DNA of 64,000 nucleotides, taken from assembly GCA_963820525.1 (NCBI GenBank), contig CAWGAA010000002.1, forward strand, positions 480,001-544,000, given 5' to 3'. The notes below the pieces were generated by a model, which worked only from the letters and a program-made list of their open reading frames with translations, made no database searches and was not told where the DNA came from. The position numbers and the translations under genes were made by a program. This document shows positions 31,437 through 42,021 of the stretch, piece after piece; the first letter of the stretch is position 1; each line of letters opens with the position of its first letter. Source of the stretch: an uncultured Spirochaetota bacterium (GTDB lineage: Bacteria > Spirochaetota > Spirochaetia > SZUA-6 > Fen-1364).

Positions 31437-32670
31437 CCTTGGAACTGCCACCATCCTCTGCGTCGGAAGCGAGCTGACCGAAGGGATCGTCCAGGATACC
31501 CATGTGCGCTTTCTCTCCTCCGAGCTCACCGCCCTCGGCTTTTCCGTGAGCCGCGGGGAGCAGGTTCCCGACGACGAAGCGGTTTTCCGCGAAGAGATCA
31601 TCCGGGCGGCCTCGGGGAGTCAGATCGTCATCGTGACGGGCGGGCTGGGCCCGACCTCCGACGATCTCACCCGCGAGGTGGTCGCCGAGGCCGCGGGCAT
31701 GCCCCTGGAGTTTCATCCCGAGGTTTGGGAGGCTCTTCAGGCTCGATTCGCCGGCGCTCGGATCCCGGAGGCGAACCGAAAACAGGCAATGGCGCCAAGA
31801 GGTTTTACCCTCATTGCCAATGAGCATGGGACGGCGCCGGGGTTCTATGGGAAGGTGAAGCGAGCCCTCGTGATAGCCCTTCCGGGCCCGCCGGGCGAGC
31901 TTCGGCCGATGTTTTCCGAGCGCGTGATGCCCCTGATAGCGCAGAGGTTCGCCGCGGAGAAGGGGAGCGAGGCGCTTCGCGCAACGGCTCTGCTCGTGCC
32001 GGAATCGAGCCTCGAGGAGGCGCTCGGCGCGTGCCGAAGGCAGGGTGTGAGCTGGGGAACGCGCGTGGACGAGGACCGCATCGCCTTCAGTCTCCGGGGA
32101 GGATCCGCGGCGGAACGAGATGCCGTGCTCGACGGCCTCATTGCGCTGCTGGGAGAAACCCGCGTGCGAAGGAGCGAGGTCAAGCCCGCCCAGCTGCTCA
32201 CGGATGTCCTGCTGGAGCGCGGCCTGATGCTCGTGACGGCTGAATCATGCACGGGCGGGCTTTTGGGCAAATGGCTGACAGATCTTCCGGGAAGCTCTCG
32301 CGTGTACTGGGGCGGATTCGTCACCTACAGCAACCAGGCGAAGAGCGGGCTCCTGGGAGTCGGCGCGGCCCTGCTGGAGGAGCATGGAGCGGTGTCGGAA
32401 CAGGCCGTGAAGGCCATGGCGCGCGGAGCGCTGGAGGAATCCGGGGCGGACGTGAGCATCGCCGTTTCAGGCATCGCCGGCCCCGATGGCGGAACTTCGC
32501 AGAAACCGGTCGGCACGATCTGGGTGGCCGTGGACATGAGAGGGAAAGGGGCAGCCGTTCACCAATTCCTTTTCGCGGGAAGCCGGGACGCGATTCGAAG
32601 GAGGACCGCGGTGGCTTCTTTCCTCTTCGCCGAGTCCTGGATTCTCGGGCGGGATTTCTCGATCGGGTGA
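31429..32670 (+). CDS. cinA: CinA-like competence/damage-inducible protein (MoCF + NMN deamidase)
   Basis: VGSEL, TGGLGPTSDDLTR, GTAPG, TAESCTGG, GIAGPDGG. Confidence 0.92.
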   Translation: MSDLGTATILCVGSELTEGIVQDTHVRFLSSELTALGFSVSRGEQVPDDEAVFREEIIRAASGSQIVIVTGGLGPTSDDLTREVVAEAAGMPLEFHPEVWEALQARFAGARIPEANRKQAMAPRGFTLIANEHGTAPGFYGKVKRALVIALPGPPGELRPMFSERVMPLIAQRFAAEKGSEALRATALLVPESSLEEALGACRRQGVSWGTRVDEDRIAFSLRGGSAAERDAVLDGLIALLGETRVRRSEVKPAQLLTDVLLERGLMLVTAESCTGGLLGKWLTDLPGSSRVYWGGFVTYSNQAKSGLLGVGAALLEEHGAVSEQAVKAMARGALEESGADVSIAVSGIAGPDGGTSQKPVGTIWVAVDMRGKGAAVHQFLFAGSRDAIRRRTAVASFLFAESWILGRDFSIG

Positions 32671-32676
32671 GGCGCC

Positions 32677-32705
32677 TTGACACCCTGACGAAGTGGTACT
32701 ATATT
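32677..32705 (+). promoter_or_regulatory. sigma70-like promoter of rho
   Basis: TTGACA-17 bp-TATATT. Confidence 0.65.
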
Positions 32706-32805
32706 ACATATAAAGATTCGTAGTCGTCCTTTAGCCCGGTCGGTCCTCCTATCCGGAAAGCACATTCAACGGAAAGAATGATTAGTTTAGACAACGGAGC
32801 ACTAC

Positions 32806-34500
32806 ATGGGAACAAAAGACCAGGAGAATGAGTCCCTCCAGTCCTCAATGGAGCCCTCTGAGCCGTCCCGCGATCTCGAGCTCACCAACGATTCGCTCTA
32901 CAATCAGGAGAACGGAGGCGGTGAGGCCCAGAGCCCTCCCGCTGCCGGCAGGCCCGATTCAGCCGGGCTGAACAGGCCCAAGCGGATGATCAAGCGGCGG
33001 AAGATCCGCGTCGAGCTGATCAAGGATTCGGGCACCGATCGGAGGGAAGAGAAGTCGGAGGCTTCCACAACCGCGGAAGAAGCAGCTTCCCCGGCACCCT
33101 CGGCGGATAGTCTCGCCGCCGTGGGGGGTGATACCCGAAGGCCTGAGGCCGCGGGCCGCATCCCCGGCAATGGGACTCCGCCCGTCGAGGCCGGCGCCAA
33201 GCCGCCCGTCATTGTCGGCAACGAGAACAAGCTCCAGATCAACGATCTCTCCCAGATGAGCATGCCCGACCTTCGCGGTTTGGCCACCAAGATGGGCGTA
33301 AGCCACGAAGCGCTGATCTCCATGAAGAAGCAGGAGATCATTTTCCAGATCCTCAAGGCGCATACGGAGAGGGGAGGAGTCATCTACGCCTTCGGCGCGC
33401 TGGAGATCCTTCCCGATGGATACGGCTTCCTCCGGTCTCCCAACTACAGCTATCTGCCGGGACCGGACGATATCTACATATCGCCGTCGCAGATACGCCT
33501 GTTCAACCTCAAGACGGGCGACACGGTTGCGGGGCAGATCCGCTCGCCCAAGGAAGGGGAGCGGTTCTTCGCGATGCTCAGGGTGGAGACGGTGAACTTC
33601 GATCCGCCGATGGTTGCCCAGACCCGCATCCCCTTCGACAACCTCACCCCGCTGTATCCCGACGAGAGGCTGAACCTGGAGACTTCCACGGAGGACATCT
33701 CGACGCGAATGATCAATCTCTTCTGTCCCATCGGAAAGGGCCAGAGAGGGCTCATCGTGTCGCCGCCCAGGACGGGAAAGACCATCCTGCTGCAGAAGAT
33801 CGCCAATGCCATCACCGCCAATCATCCCGAGGTGGTGGTCATCGTCCTTCTCATCGACGAGCGCCCCGAGGAAGTGACGGACATGCAGAGGAACGTCAAG
33901 GGCGAGGTCGTATCGTCCACCTTTGACGAGCAGTCCACCCGTCACGTTCAGGTGGCGGAGATGGTCATCGAGAAGGCCAAGAGGCTGGTGGAGCACAAGA
34001 GGGACGTCGTCATCCTTCTCGACTCCATTACGCGGCTCGCGCGCGCGTACAACCAGACGGTCCCCACCTCGGGGAAGATCCTCTCCGGAGGTGTCGATTC
34101 CAACGCGCTGCACAAGCCGAAGAGGTTCTTCGGTGCCGCCCGCAACATCGAGGAAGGCGGCAGCCTCACCATCGTGGCGACGGCGCTCATCGAGACGGGC
34201 AGCCGCATGGACGAGGTCATTTTCGAGGAGTTCAAGGGCACCGGCAACATGGAGGTGAACCTGGACAGGAAGCTCTCCGACAGAAGGCTGTATCCGGCCA
34301 TCAACATCAAGAAATCGGGGACCCGCAAGGAAGAGCTGCTCCTGGGCGAGGAGGAGCTGCAGAAGCTGTGGGTCCTGCGCAGGGTGATCAACCCCATGGA
34401 CGACGGGGAGATCATCGAGCTCCTGATTGACAGGATGCGCAAAACCAAGAATAATGAGACATTCCTGAGATCGATGAACACATCGACGGTGGAAGCATAG
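32806..34500 (+). CDS. rho: Transcription termination factor Rho with N-terminal extension
   Basis: [42 protein letters not shown]. Confidence 0.97.
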   Translation: MGTKDQENESLQSSMEPSEPSRDLELTNDSLYNQENGGGEAQSPPAAGRPDSAGLNRPKRMIKRRKIRVELIKDSGTDRREEKSEASTTAEEAASPAPSADSLAAVGGDTRRPEAAGRIPGNGTPPVEAGAKPPVIVGNENKLQINDLSQMSMPDLRGLATKMGVSHEALISMKKQEIIFQILKAHTERGGVIYAFGALEILPDGYGFLRSPNYSYLPGPDDIYISPSQIRLFNLKTGDTVAGQIRSPKEGERFFAMLRVETVNFDPPMVAQTRIPFDNLTPLYPDERLNLETSTEDISTRMINLFCPIGKGQRGLIVSPPRTGKTILLQKIANAITANHPEVVVIVLLIDERPEEVTDMQRNVKGEVVSSTFDEQSTRHVQVAEMVIEKAKRLVEHKRDVVILLDSITRLARAYNQTVPTSGKILSGGVDSNALHKPKRFFGAARNIEEGGSLTIVATALIETGSRMDEVIFEEFKGTGNMEVNLDRKLSDRRLYPAINIKKSGTRKEELLLGEEELQKLWVLRRVINPMDDGEIIELLIDRMRKTKNNETFLRSMNTSTVEA

Positions 34501-34552
34501 AGCACGAAAGCCCTGCGCAGAGCTGCGGGGCAAAAACCGAGAGGGAAATCGC

Positions 34553-34753
34553 ATGAAGGCTGATATACATCCCCATTACCAGTTGACGACCATTACCTGC
34601 GCCTGCGGAAACGTCATCGAGACCAAGTCCACCTCCAAGGACATCAAGGTGGAAATCTGCTCGAAGTGTCATCCCTTTTTCACGGGCAAGCAGAAGCTCG
34701 TGGACACGGCGGGTCGCGTCGAGCGCTTCAAGAAGCGCTACAACATCAAGTAG
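34553..34753 (+). CDS. rpmE: 50S ribosomal protein L31 (Zn-binding type)
   Basis: [29 protein letters not shown]. Confidence 0.97.
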   Translation: MKADIHPHYQLTTITCACGNVIETKSTSKDIKVEICSKCHPFFTGKQKLVDTAGRVERFKKRYNIK

Positions 34754-34821
34754 AGGACTGCCAAGCCCGGTTTTCCACGCGGCACGGGGCCGGGGTCGGC
34801 CCCGTCTTCCGCGAACGCTCA

Positions 34822-35576
34822 TCACACGACATCGCGCCCCAACACCTCGCTGGCGAGCCTCTTGAGCCTCTCCCAATGGGCCCCCCGCCAGAAGACCCTG
34901 CGGCAGGCGGGGCAGCGGGAAAACTCATCGTAGAGCATCCCGACGAGGGGGGGAGCTCGGCGAGAACGCTCTCCTTGCTGGCCCGCACGAGCGGCTCATT
35001 GCATGCGATGCACCGGGAAAACGGCTTCGCCAGCCTCGAAAGATCGAATCTGCGAAACACCTCGGCCAGCTGGTCGCGGGGACGAGTCGTTCTGATGAGG
35101 AATCCGTGCACGACGTATCTCCTCTTCAAGAGGCCCCTGTCGCGCGTCAGGATGATCCTGCCGTCGGAGCGGGAAACCGCCTCCAGCTCCTCGTCGTCGA
35201 AGCCGTTGTCGTACAGAGCATCGAAACCGAAGAGCCGCAGCATCCCCGCGAGTTTCCCGAGGTGCACGTCGCAGACGAATCGGGGATGCCGGAGGGGCTC
35301 CGGGCGGACCTTCGTGAGGCCCGCGATGTCCCATGACTCGAAGGCGGGGTACACGGAAAGCCGGTCTCCGTCCTGGAGCCGGTAGGAGAAGCCGACCGAC
35401 TCGCCGTTGGCGAGGATGAGATCCACCTCCGTATGGGGGACGCCGAGGTCTTCGATGATCGCCTTTGCCGTGCAGCCTTCACGGAACTCGACATCGAAAG
35501 AAAGCTTGCGCCTGGATGAGGGGAGCAGATCGTTGAGCTCCTCGTAGAACCGGATTGAAATTTTGGCCATCCCCAT
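34822..35576 (-). CDS. Mut7-C RNase domain protein with ubiquitin-like N-terminus, apparent frameshift at 34947-34953
   Basis: RFYEELND, GVPHTEVD, FVCDVHLGKLA, ILTRDRGLL, RCIACN; the missing C-terminus (CPACRRVFWRGAHW) is one base out of frame. Confidence 0.88.
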
Positions 35577-35687
35577 GTCCGCGGCGGCCTCAATGCGTAT
35601 GGCCCTTCGGCCCCCGCTTGTGTAGTATAGGCGCATCGGCCGCCGGGGAAAAGATCGACGCCGGCCCGCAGGGGGGAACGGTCCATC

Positions 35688-36137
35688 GTGAACGAGAAAC
35701 CGATCGTGAAGAAGCTGGAGGACAAGAGAGGAGCCGTCTATTTCACCATATACTGGTCCCCGCTTCGAAAGTCCGAGAAATACGAGATCATCGGCTCCGT
35801 GCCTTCGGAGGCCGGAATCTACGAGCTGTACTTCATGGACTTCAAGGGCAAGCTGAACCTCTTCTCCATCGGCAAGTCCTGGTACGGCGGGCTTCGAAAC
35901 GAGCTTCGGCTGCACACGGATCCGGAGCTGGAGCCCGATCTCGAGCGCCGCGCCACGCTTGAAAAGCACGACTGCTATTACCGCTATACGCTGGTGGGCA
36001 GCAATGACGACATGTCCGACATCCTGTTCTTCTTTGCCCGGACTTATTTCCCGGGCTCACAGAAGTACAGGCCCTCCGGCAGGCACGAAAACATCTACGT
36101 CAAGGAAATCTCAAGCGACAAGATCGTCACGATTTGA
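35688..36137 (+). CDS. Conserved hypothetical protein
   Basis: 149 aa, codon pattern like neighbours, no motif recognised with confidence. Confidence 0.75.
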   Translation: MNEKPIVKKLEDKRGAVYFTIYWSPLRKSEKYEIIGSVPSEAGIYELYFMDFKGKLNLFSIGKSWYGGLRNELRLHTDPELEPDLERRATLEKHDCYYRYTLVGSNDDMSDILFFFARTYFPGSQKYRPSGRHENIYVKEISSDKIVTI

Positions 36138-36229
36138 ATGAGCGCCGCGCCCGGCGCCGCGGACCCGCTTTCGGCGGCGCGCTCTCTTTGAATCATCGCT
36201 TGAGCCGGCGCCGTGGACCGCTTGAGGCC

Positions 36230-36649
36230 CTAGAGGTGAGAAAGCTTCTCCACCATGAGCTTGATGCGGCGGGCAAGCGAGACGAGAAGCCGCCGCGTCC
36301 ACATCGGGCTCGCCGCATAGATGTCCGCGAAGTTCTCCCTGCTGAACTCGAGCACCCGCACGTCGCCCTTCGCGATGACGGTGGCCGAGCGCACCGATTT
36401 GTCGAAGAAGCTCATCTCTCCGATGATCTCTCCCTTGCCGAGGGTCGTGAGCACCTTGTACCTGTCCTCGAGCTTCCTCGTGATATACACTTCACCCTCG
36501 AGGATCCAGAAGATCTTCTGCTGGATATCGCCTTCCCTGATCAGGACCTGCTTGTCGCGGAACCGCTTGCCGAACTTCTCGATCACCTTCTCGTCCAGCG
36601 CCTCTTCGGCCTGGAAGGCGATCCTCATGATCTCGTTGTAGTCTCCCAT
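36230..36649 (-). CDS. Cyclic-nucleotide-binding domain protein
   Basis: LIREGD, ILEGEV, GEIIGEMS..RSATV. Confidence 0.9.
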   Translation of the reverse strand: MGDYNEIMRIAFQAEEALDEKVIEKFGKRFRDKQVLIREGDIQQKIFWILEGEVYITRKLEDRYKVLTTLGKGEIIGEMSFFDKSVRSATVIAKGDVRVLEFSRENFADIYAASPMWTRRLLVSLARRIKLMVEKLSHL

Positions 36650-37044
36650 CAGGACTTGCTCCGCAGCCGCTCGCCGAACTCCGCGTTGAGGATCCGAAGC
36701 TCCCGCGTGAGCCCCGTCGTTGCCGCGAGGGCCAGCTCCCAGGAGACTTCGGCGGCCGTGAAGAAGCTCTCCAGGTCCCAGCGATACACGATGGTCTTCT
36801 CCAGCGAGAGGGCGGAGCAGAGCCTGCCTGATTCCGCGAGGGGCTCCACGAGGCCGAAGATAGCATCGGGAGTCGCGTAGAGAGGGAGCCGGTCCTCGCC
36901 AAATCGGTACTCGATCTTCACAAGACCGGCGATGACGTAGAACACCGGCTTGTCGTCGGGAACGTCCCCCGGCGAGTACATGAGAGTCCTCTGGGGGACG
37001 ACGATCTGCTCGCCGTACTGAAGGTAGCGGGGAAGCGCATCCAT
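36649..37044 (-). CDS. Degenerate cyclic-nucleotide-binding domain protein
   Basis: FYVIAGLVKI, IFGLVE, R..SA pattern; coupled to the previous gene. Confidence 0.7.
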   Translation of the reverse strand: MDALPRYLQYGEQIVVPQRTLMYSPGDVPDDKPVFYVIAGLVKIEYRFGEDRLPLYATPDAIFGLVEPLAESGRLCSALSLEKTIVYRWDLESFFTAAEVSWELALAATTGLTRELRILNAEFGERLRSKS

Positions 37045-37078
37045 TCTATCTATTTCTCGACATTTCGCTCGATTTTTA

Positions 37079-37107
37079 TTGAATTCTTTTCATTTTTCCT
37101 CTATAAT
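37079..37107 (+). promoter_or_regulatory. sigma70-like promoter of galK-surE
   Basis: TTGAAT-17 bp-TATAAT. Confidence 0.55.
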
Positions 37108-37134
37108 CGTTTCCATCCTCGAAAGCGCATCTTC

Positions 37135-38304
37135 TTGCGGGAGTTATTCATGGATCCGGTCAAACAAAGCCACGTCGAGGAGTACGGCAGAGCGCCGGAG
37201 GTGATTGCCGCCGCTCCCGGAAGGGTCAACCTTATCGGCGAGCACACGGATTACAACGATGGCTTTGTGTTTCCCATGGCGATCGACTTCACGGTCAGGG
37301 TCGCCGTCTCCCGCCGCAAGGACAGTCACGTACACTTCTACTCCGTCGACTTCAAGGACCGAAAGCGCGCCGCGCTTCCTTCCCTCCGCTTTCGCAAGGA
37401 AGATCGCTGGGCAAACTATCCCAAAGGGATAATCAATGCGCTCGCCGCGCGCGGACACCCCATGAGCGGAATGGACATCACCATCCACGGCGACATCCCC
37501 CAGGGGGCGGGCCTCTCCTCCTCTGCGGCCCTCGAGATCGCCACCGCTCTCGCCGTGCAGACCCTCTACCACATCGAGATCGGCAGGGAGGAAGCGGCGC
37601 GCCTCGCCCAGGAGGCGGAGAGCGAGTTCGTCGGCGTGAGGCGCGGGATCATGGACCAGTTCATCTCGCGCCTGGCCAAGGAAGGCCACGCCATGCTCCT
37701 CGACACGAGGACCCTCGTCTATCATTACGTTCCCCTCACGTTCAAGAGCGCCAAGATCCTCCTCACGAACTCCAAGGTTCCCCACGGCCTGGCGGATTCG
37801 GAGTACGCCAAGAGGCGCGAGGAGTGCGCCCGCTGCGTGCAGATCCTCTCCGCGAAGAAACCGGGCACCGCCCTGCGCGACTATACCCCCAGCGACGTGC
37901 GCGACAGCTTGGGACTCATCCCCGAGGCCACGCGCAAGAAATGCCTCCACGTGGTGGAGGAGAACCAGAGGGCCCTTGACGCCGAGGAGGCGCTCAAGAA
38001 GAAGGATCTGGTCACCTTCGGGAAGCTCATGAACCGCTCCCATGAGAGCCTGCGCGACCTCTATGAAGTCTCCTGCCCGGAGCTGGACTGGCTGGTCAAG
38101 AGGGCCTGGGAAACCGAGGGGGTATACGGTTCGCGGCTCACGGGGGCGGGCTTCGGCGGCTGCACCGTCACGTTGATCGAGGAAGAGGCCATCCCGCGCT
38201 ACCGCGAGCATATCGCGCCCTATGAGAGGATTTTCGGTTTTCGCCCCGAGGTCTATATCTGCAAGCCCTCCGGGGGGGCCCGGATCGTGGAGAGCAAGGT
38301 CTGA
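37135..38304 (+). CDS. galK: Galactokinase
   Basis: APGRVNLIGEHTDYNDG, PQGAGLSSSAA, GSRLTGAGFGGC. Confidence 0.95.
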   Translation: MRELFMDPVKQSHVEEYGRAPEVIAAAPGRVNLIGEHTDYNDGFVFPMAIDFTVRVAVSRRKDSHVHFYSVDFKDRKRAALPSLRFRKEDRWANYPKGIINALAARGHPMSGMDITIHGDIPQGAGLSSSAALEIATALAVQTLYHIEIGREEAARLAQEAESEFVGVRRGIMDQFISRLAKEGHAMLLDTRTLVYHYVPLTFKSAKILLTNSKVPHGLADSEYAKRREECARCVQILSAKKPGTALRDYTPSDVRDSLGLIPEATRKKCLHVVEENQRALDAEEALKKKDLVTFGKLMNRSHESLRDLYEVSCPELDWLVKRAWETEGVYGSRLTGAGFGGCTVTLIEEEAIPRYREHIAPYERIFGFRPEVYICKPSGGARIVESKV

Positions 38305-38316
38305 GAGGCTCAGGCG

Positions 38317-39060
38317 ATGCGAATCCTCCTGACCAATGACGACGGCATCGAAGCCCTGGGCCTGAAGGCCCTGCTGGACACGCTTTGCGACCAGCACGAG
38401 GTGTGGGTCGTGGCGCCGGAAAACGAGAGAAGCGGCAGCTCCCATTCCATCACCCTCAGGGATTCCATCCGCATACGAAAGATCGGGCAGAGGATCTTCA
38501 GCTGCCGGGGGACGCCGGCGGACTGCGTGATGATCTCCCTGCTGGGGCTCCTCCCCAAGGGTATCGAGATGATCATCTCGGGGATCAACCACGGTCCCAA
38601 CCTCGGCACCGACATCCTGTACTCGGGGACCGCGTCGGCGGCAAGCCAGGCGGTGCTGATGGGAGTGCCGGCGGTCGCGCTGTCGATCGGCACCTATGCC
38701 CCGCCCTTCGACTTCCGCTGCGCCACCTCCTTCACGGCGAGAAACATGGAGATTTTCAGACGGCTCTCCGACTCGGATCACTACCTCAACATCAACTTCC
38801 CCAGCGCCGAGAAGCCCACGGGAAAGCCGATGGTGACCTTCCCCACGCACAGGATCTACAGGGATGAGCTTCATACCTACACGGCCCCCAACGCGGACAT
38901 CTTCTGTTTCATGGGGGGAGCCACCCCGGATTCGCACCTCGAGGAAGGCTCCGACTACCGGGCCCTCTCTGAGGGCCTCATCTCGATCTCTCCCATCAAC
39001 GTCCATCCCACGAACAGGGATTCCATTGAGGAGCAGTACCGCTCAGCGAGTTTCCTATGA
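38317..39060 (+). CDS. surE: 5'/3'-nucleotidase SurE
   Basis: MRILLTNDDG, GTPADCV, SGINHGPNLG..YSGT. Confidence 0.95.
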   Translation: MRILLTNDDGIEALGLKALLDTLCDQHEVWVVAPENERSGSSHSITLRDSIRIRKIGQRIFSCRGTPADCVMISLLGLLPKGIEMIISGINHGPNLGTDILYSGTASAASQAVLMGVPAVALSIGTYAPPFDFRCATSFTARNMEIFRRLSDSDHYLNINFPSAEKPTGKPMVTFPTHRIYRDELHTYTAPNADIFCFMGGATPDSHLEEGSDYRALSEGLISISPINVHPTNRDSIEEQYRSASFL

Positions 39061-39731
39061 ACAAGCAATTCGAAAACGGCGTCAAGCTTTACCATTCCCA
39101 CCGCTACGAGCAGGCCTTGAAGGAGCTGCGCGAAGCCGAAGAGGAGATGCCGCCCACCCCCGAGCTCGACTACTACATCGGGCTGGCGCTCACCCAGCTG
39201 GAACGCTACGAGGAGGCGCTTCTCTCCCTGGAGAAGGTCGTCACCTCTCATTTCAGCTTCCTGCACATCATGCAGGCCCGCATGGTGCTGGGATACATCT
39301 ATGCCATCACCGGCAGGTACAAGCTCGCAGAGTTCGAATTCACCAAGGTGCGCGAGTTCGGCCTCCAGTCATCCCAGGCGCTTGCCGCCCTGGGATTCGT
39401 GTACTACTCCCAGAAGAACATCACGGAAAGCATCGATGCGCTGAAGAAGGCCCTGGAGATCGACCCGAAGAACGCCAACGCCCTCAACTCCCTCGGGTTC
39501 ATATACGCGGAGGAGAAGAAGGATCTTTCCCGGGCCGTATCCCTGTGCAAACAGGCCGTTGAGGCGAATCCCAAGAACCCCGCGTACCTCGACTCCCTGG
39601 GCTGGGCGCTCTTCCGGCAGGGAAGCTATGAAGAGGCCAGAGGCTGCTTCCGCAAGGCCCTCGACCTTGCGCCAGGGAACAAGGAGATCGCCACCCACAT
39701 GCGTCAGCTCCTCGACAAAATGAAAGGATAG
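39057..39731 (+). CDS. TPR-repeat protein
   Basis: Several TPRs (ALEIDPKNANALNSLG, YLDSLGW). Confidence 0.9.
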   Translation: MNKQFENGVKLYHSHRYEQALKELREAEEEMPPTPELDYYIGLALTQLERYEEALLSLEKVVTSHFSFLHIMQARMVLGYIYAITGRYKLAEFEFTKVREFGLQSSQALAALGFVYYSQKNITESIDALKKALEIDPKNANALNSLGFIYAEEKKDLSRAVSLCKQAVEANPKNPAYLDSLGWALFRQGSYEEARGCFRKALDLAPGNKEIATHMRQLLDKMKG

Positions 39732-39826
39732 GCCTGCGGCGGCGCTCCTCCGCGCCGGGCCGGGGCATTTTTCCCCTTATCACCCCCCGAGTTTACGTCG
39801 AAATTTCAAGATGAGGAGTATGGACT

Positions 39827-39988
39827 ATGAAGGTCGAGAGCGTCATCGTGCCTCGAAAGCCCGCCTCGCCGACGGATGACCTTCCCATCATGAATGCGGA
39901 AGAGATCAAGACCATCCTCTACCTGGGGATCCGCGGCGCAGTCGAGCTTGAGACGGACAAGAAGCACTCCGTAGATATGCTGGCGTGA
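39827..39988 (+). CDS. Small hypothetical protein (53 aa), below ORF-track cutoff
   Basis: GAGGAG RBS 8 nt upstream; MKVESVIVP...IKTILYLGIRG...VDMLA*; fills the intergenic gap. Confidence 0.65.
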   Translation: MKVESVIVPRKPASPTDDLPIMNAEEIKTILYLGIRGAVELETDKKHSVDMLA

Positions 39989-40007
39989 TTTCCGTATACT
40001 GTCCGGC

Positions 40008-42017
40008 GTGAAGAAACCCGCCCTAGCCGCCTGCCTCCTTGCCGCGTGCGCGGTGGGGCTTGCGGCGCAGAATATCGACATCCAACAATCCCGATCCAAC
40101 GATCAGCTGCGCTGGGGAATCCAGGCGTACCACAGGGGCTTCTACAGCGACGCGCTGGTATCCCTGCAGAAAAGCCTCAGCATCATGCCTTCCAATATCC
40201 TCGCCCAGACGTGGCTGGGAAGGGTGTTCTGGAAGTCCGGTTTCGAGGGGGAGGCGCTCCGCACGTGGGAGCGGCTGGATGCTTCCGGCAAGGCCGACAA
40301 CACGATCCGTGACTGGATCCAGGAGCTCCGGCTTCGAAACGGCACGGCCCGCGATGTTCCGCGGGATCCTCTCTTTGTCGTGAGCGCGGAGTTGGGCGCT
40401 GCAACAACGGGAGGGTACCCCTTCAAGCGGCCCGCAAGCGTTCGGCCCCGCGCCGACGGAAGCTTCTACCTCGTTTCCTTCGGCACGAACGAGGTTCTCC
40501 GCTATGACACGAACTTCCGCCTGGTGGAGAGCCTGCGGGGCGGCCTTGCCGGCCTGGATCGTCCCTTCGACGTGCTGGAAGCCGCCGACGGAACCCTGTT
40601 CGTCTCGGAGTACGGCGCCGACAGGATCACCAGGCTTTCCGGCAAAGGCGACAAGATCTCCAGCTTCGGCCGAGCGGGCAGGGACGACGGGGCTCTCCTG
40701 GGCCCTCAGTACATGGCATCCGACGCTCACGGTTTCCTCTACGTCACGGACTGGGGCAACTCGCGGGTGAACAAGTACGATCCCGACGGAAACTTCATCC
40801 TCGCGATCTCCGGCCTCTCCGGCCCATCCGGAATCGCGGTCAGGGAAGAGAGCCTCTTCGTGTGCGAGAAAGCGGCCAAGAGGATCTCCATCTACGATAC
40901 CAACGGCAACTACCTGCGGTCCATCGGAGATGGCACGCTCCAGGCTCCCGAGGGGATCTCCTTCACATCCGAGGGGAAGCTCCTCGTGGCGGATTCGAAC
41001 AAGGTCTGGGAGGCCGACGTCGAATCGGAGCAGTGGCGCGTGAAAGCCGATACGAGCGCCTTCACGACGCGTCTCGTCCAGCAGGCGGAAACGCCAAACG
41101 GCGACCTGCTGGGTGTGGATTTCGACGGAAACGGCCTCGTGCTTCTCTCGGATCCGGTTTCCCTGTATTCCGGGCTCACCGTGCGGGTGGACAGGGTCAA
41201 CTCCGTGCGCTTTCCCGAGGTATTCGTCGACGTGTCTGTCCAGGACCGCCTTGGGCGGCCGGTAGTGGGGCTGGAGATCAATAACTTCATATTCACCGAA
41301 GCCAGGCGCTCGGTGGGGCCGACCTCGATGGTTCGAACCAACACCGACGCCAACTCCATCGACGTCGCCCTGCTCATCGAGAGCTCTCCCGCCATGGCCT
41401 CGATGCGCTCCACCGCGGAGCAGGCGGCGGCTGACCTGTATGCCCGCGCCGTCCAGGGCGGTCGCATCAAGGCGATTTCGGCGGGAGAGATGCCGGTCAA
41501 GGAGACTGATTTCGGGGAGCCGCGCCTGAAGTTCCTCGCCGCGGCCTTCACGGCGCCCCCGTCGGCCAGGTGGAGGTTCGACGTGGGAGCCAGGGTGGCG
41601 GGAGAGGAGCTGATCACCGCGGCGGGAGGCGCCAAGAGGGCCATCGTGTTCCTCACGTCCGGCGCTCTGGGCCCGCGCGCGTATTCGACATATTCCCTGC
41701 TGGATCTCGCCGCCTTCATGCGCAACAATGCGATCGCCTTCTATCCCATCTCCTTCGGTTCCAAAGGCCTCGACGAGGATCTCGCTTACCTTGCATCGGA
41801 AACGGGTGGCAGGGGCTACGCCGTGTTCACGCCGGGGGGGATGGGTGAGGTCATCGGCGCCATCCGCGCGCGAACGACGCCCTTCTACTCCGTGAGGTAC
41901 AGCTCGCCGTCGGCGGCCGATTTCGGGGAGGCCTACATTCCCCTGGAGGTGGAGGTCACCCGACAGAAGCTGAGCGGGAGGGACCAGTGCGGCTACTACG
42001 CCCCCCCGTCACCGTAG
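40008..42017 (+). CDS. Exported TPR + NHL beta-propeller + vWA-like protein
   Basis: Signal peptide, N-terminal TPR, NHL repeats (LYVTDWGNSRV, PEGI), C-terminal alpha/beta domain. Confidence 0.8.
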   Translation: MKKPALAACLLAACAVGLAAQNIDIQQSRSNDQLRWGIQAYHRGFYSDALVSLQKSLSIMPSNILAQTWLGRVFWKSGFEGEALRTWERLDASGKADNTIRDWIQELRLRNGTARDVPRDPLFVVSAELGAATTGGYPFKRPASVRPRADGSFYLVSFGTNEVLRYDTNFRLVESLRGGLAGLDRPFDVLEAADGTLFVSEYGADRITRLSGKGDKISSFGRAGRDDGALLGPQYMASDAHGFLYVTDWGNSRVNKYDPDGNFILAISGLSGPSGIAVREESLFVCEKAAKRISIYDTNGNYLRSIGDGTLQAPEGISFTSEGKLLVADSNKVWEADVESEQWRVKADTSAFTTRLVQQAETPNGDLLGVDFDGNGLVLLSDPVSLYSGLTVRVDRVNSVRFPEVFVDVSVQDRLGRPVVGLEINNFIFTEARRSVGPTSMVRTNTDANSIDVALLIESSPAMASMRSTAEQAAADLYARAVQGGRIKAISAGEMPVKETDFGEPRLKFLAAAFTAPPSARWRFDVGARVAGEELITAAGGAKRAIVFLTSGALGPRAYSTYSLLDLAAFMRNNAIAFYPISFGSKGLDEDLAYLASETGGRGYAVFTPGGMGEVIGAIRARTTPFYSVRYSSPSAADFGEAYIPLEVEVTRQKLSGRDQCGYYAPPSP

Positions 42018-42021
42018 CGGC

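Noticed and set aside
34746..35969. 407-aa version of the Mut7-C ORF
   Set aside because: The N-terminal 131 aa overlap a plus-strand gene and the C-terminus is frameshift read-through.
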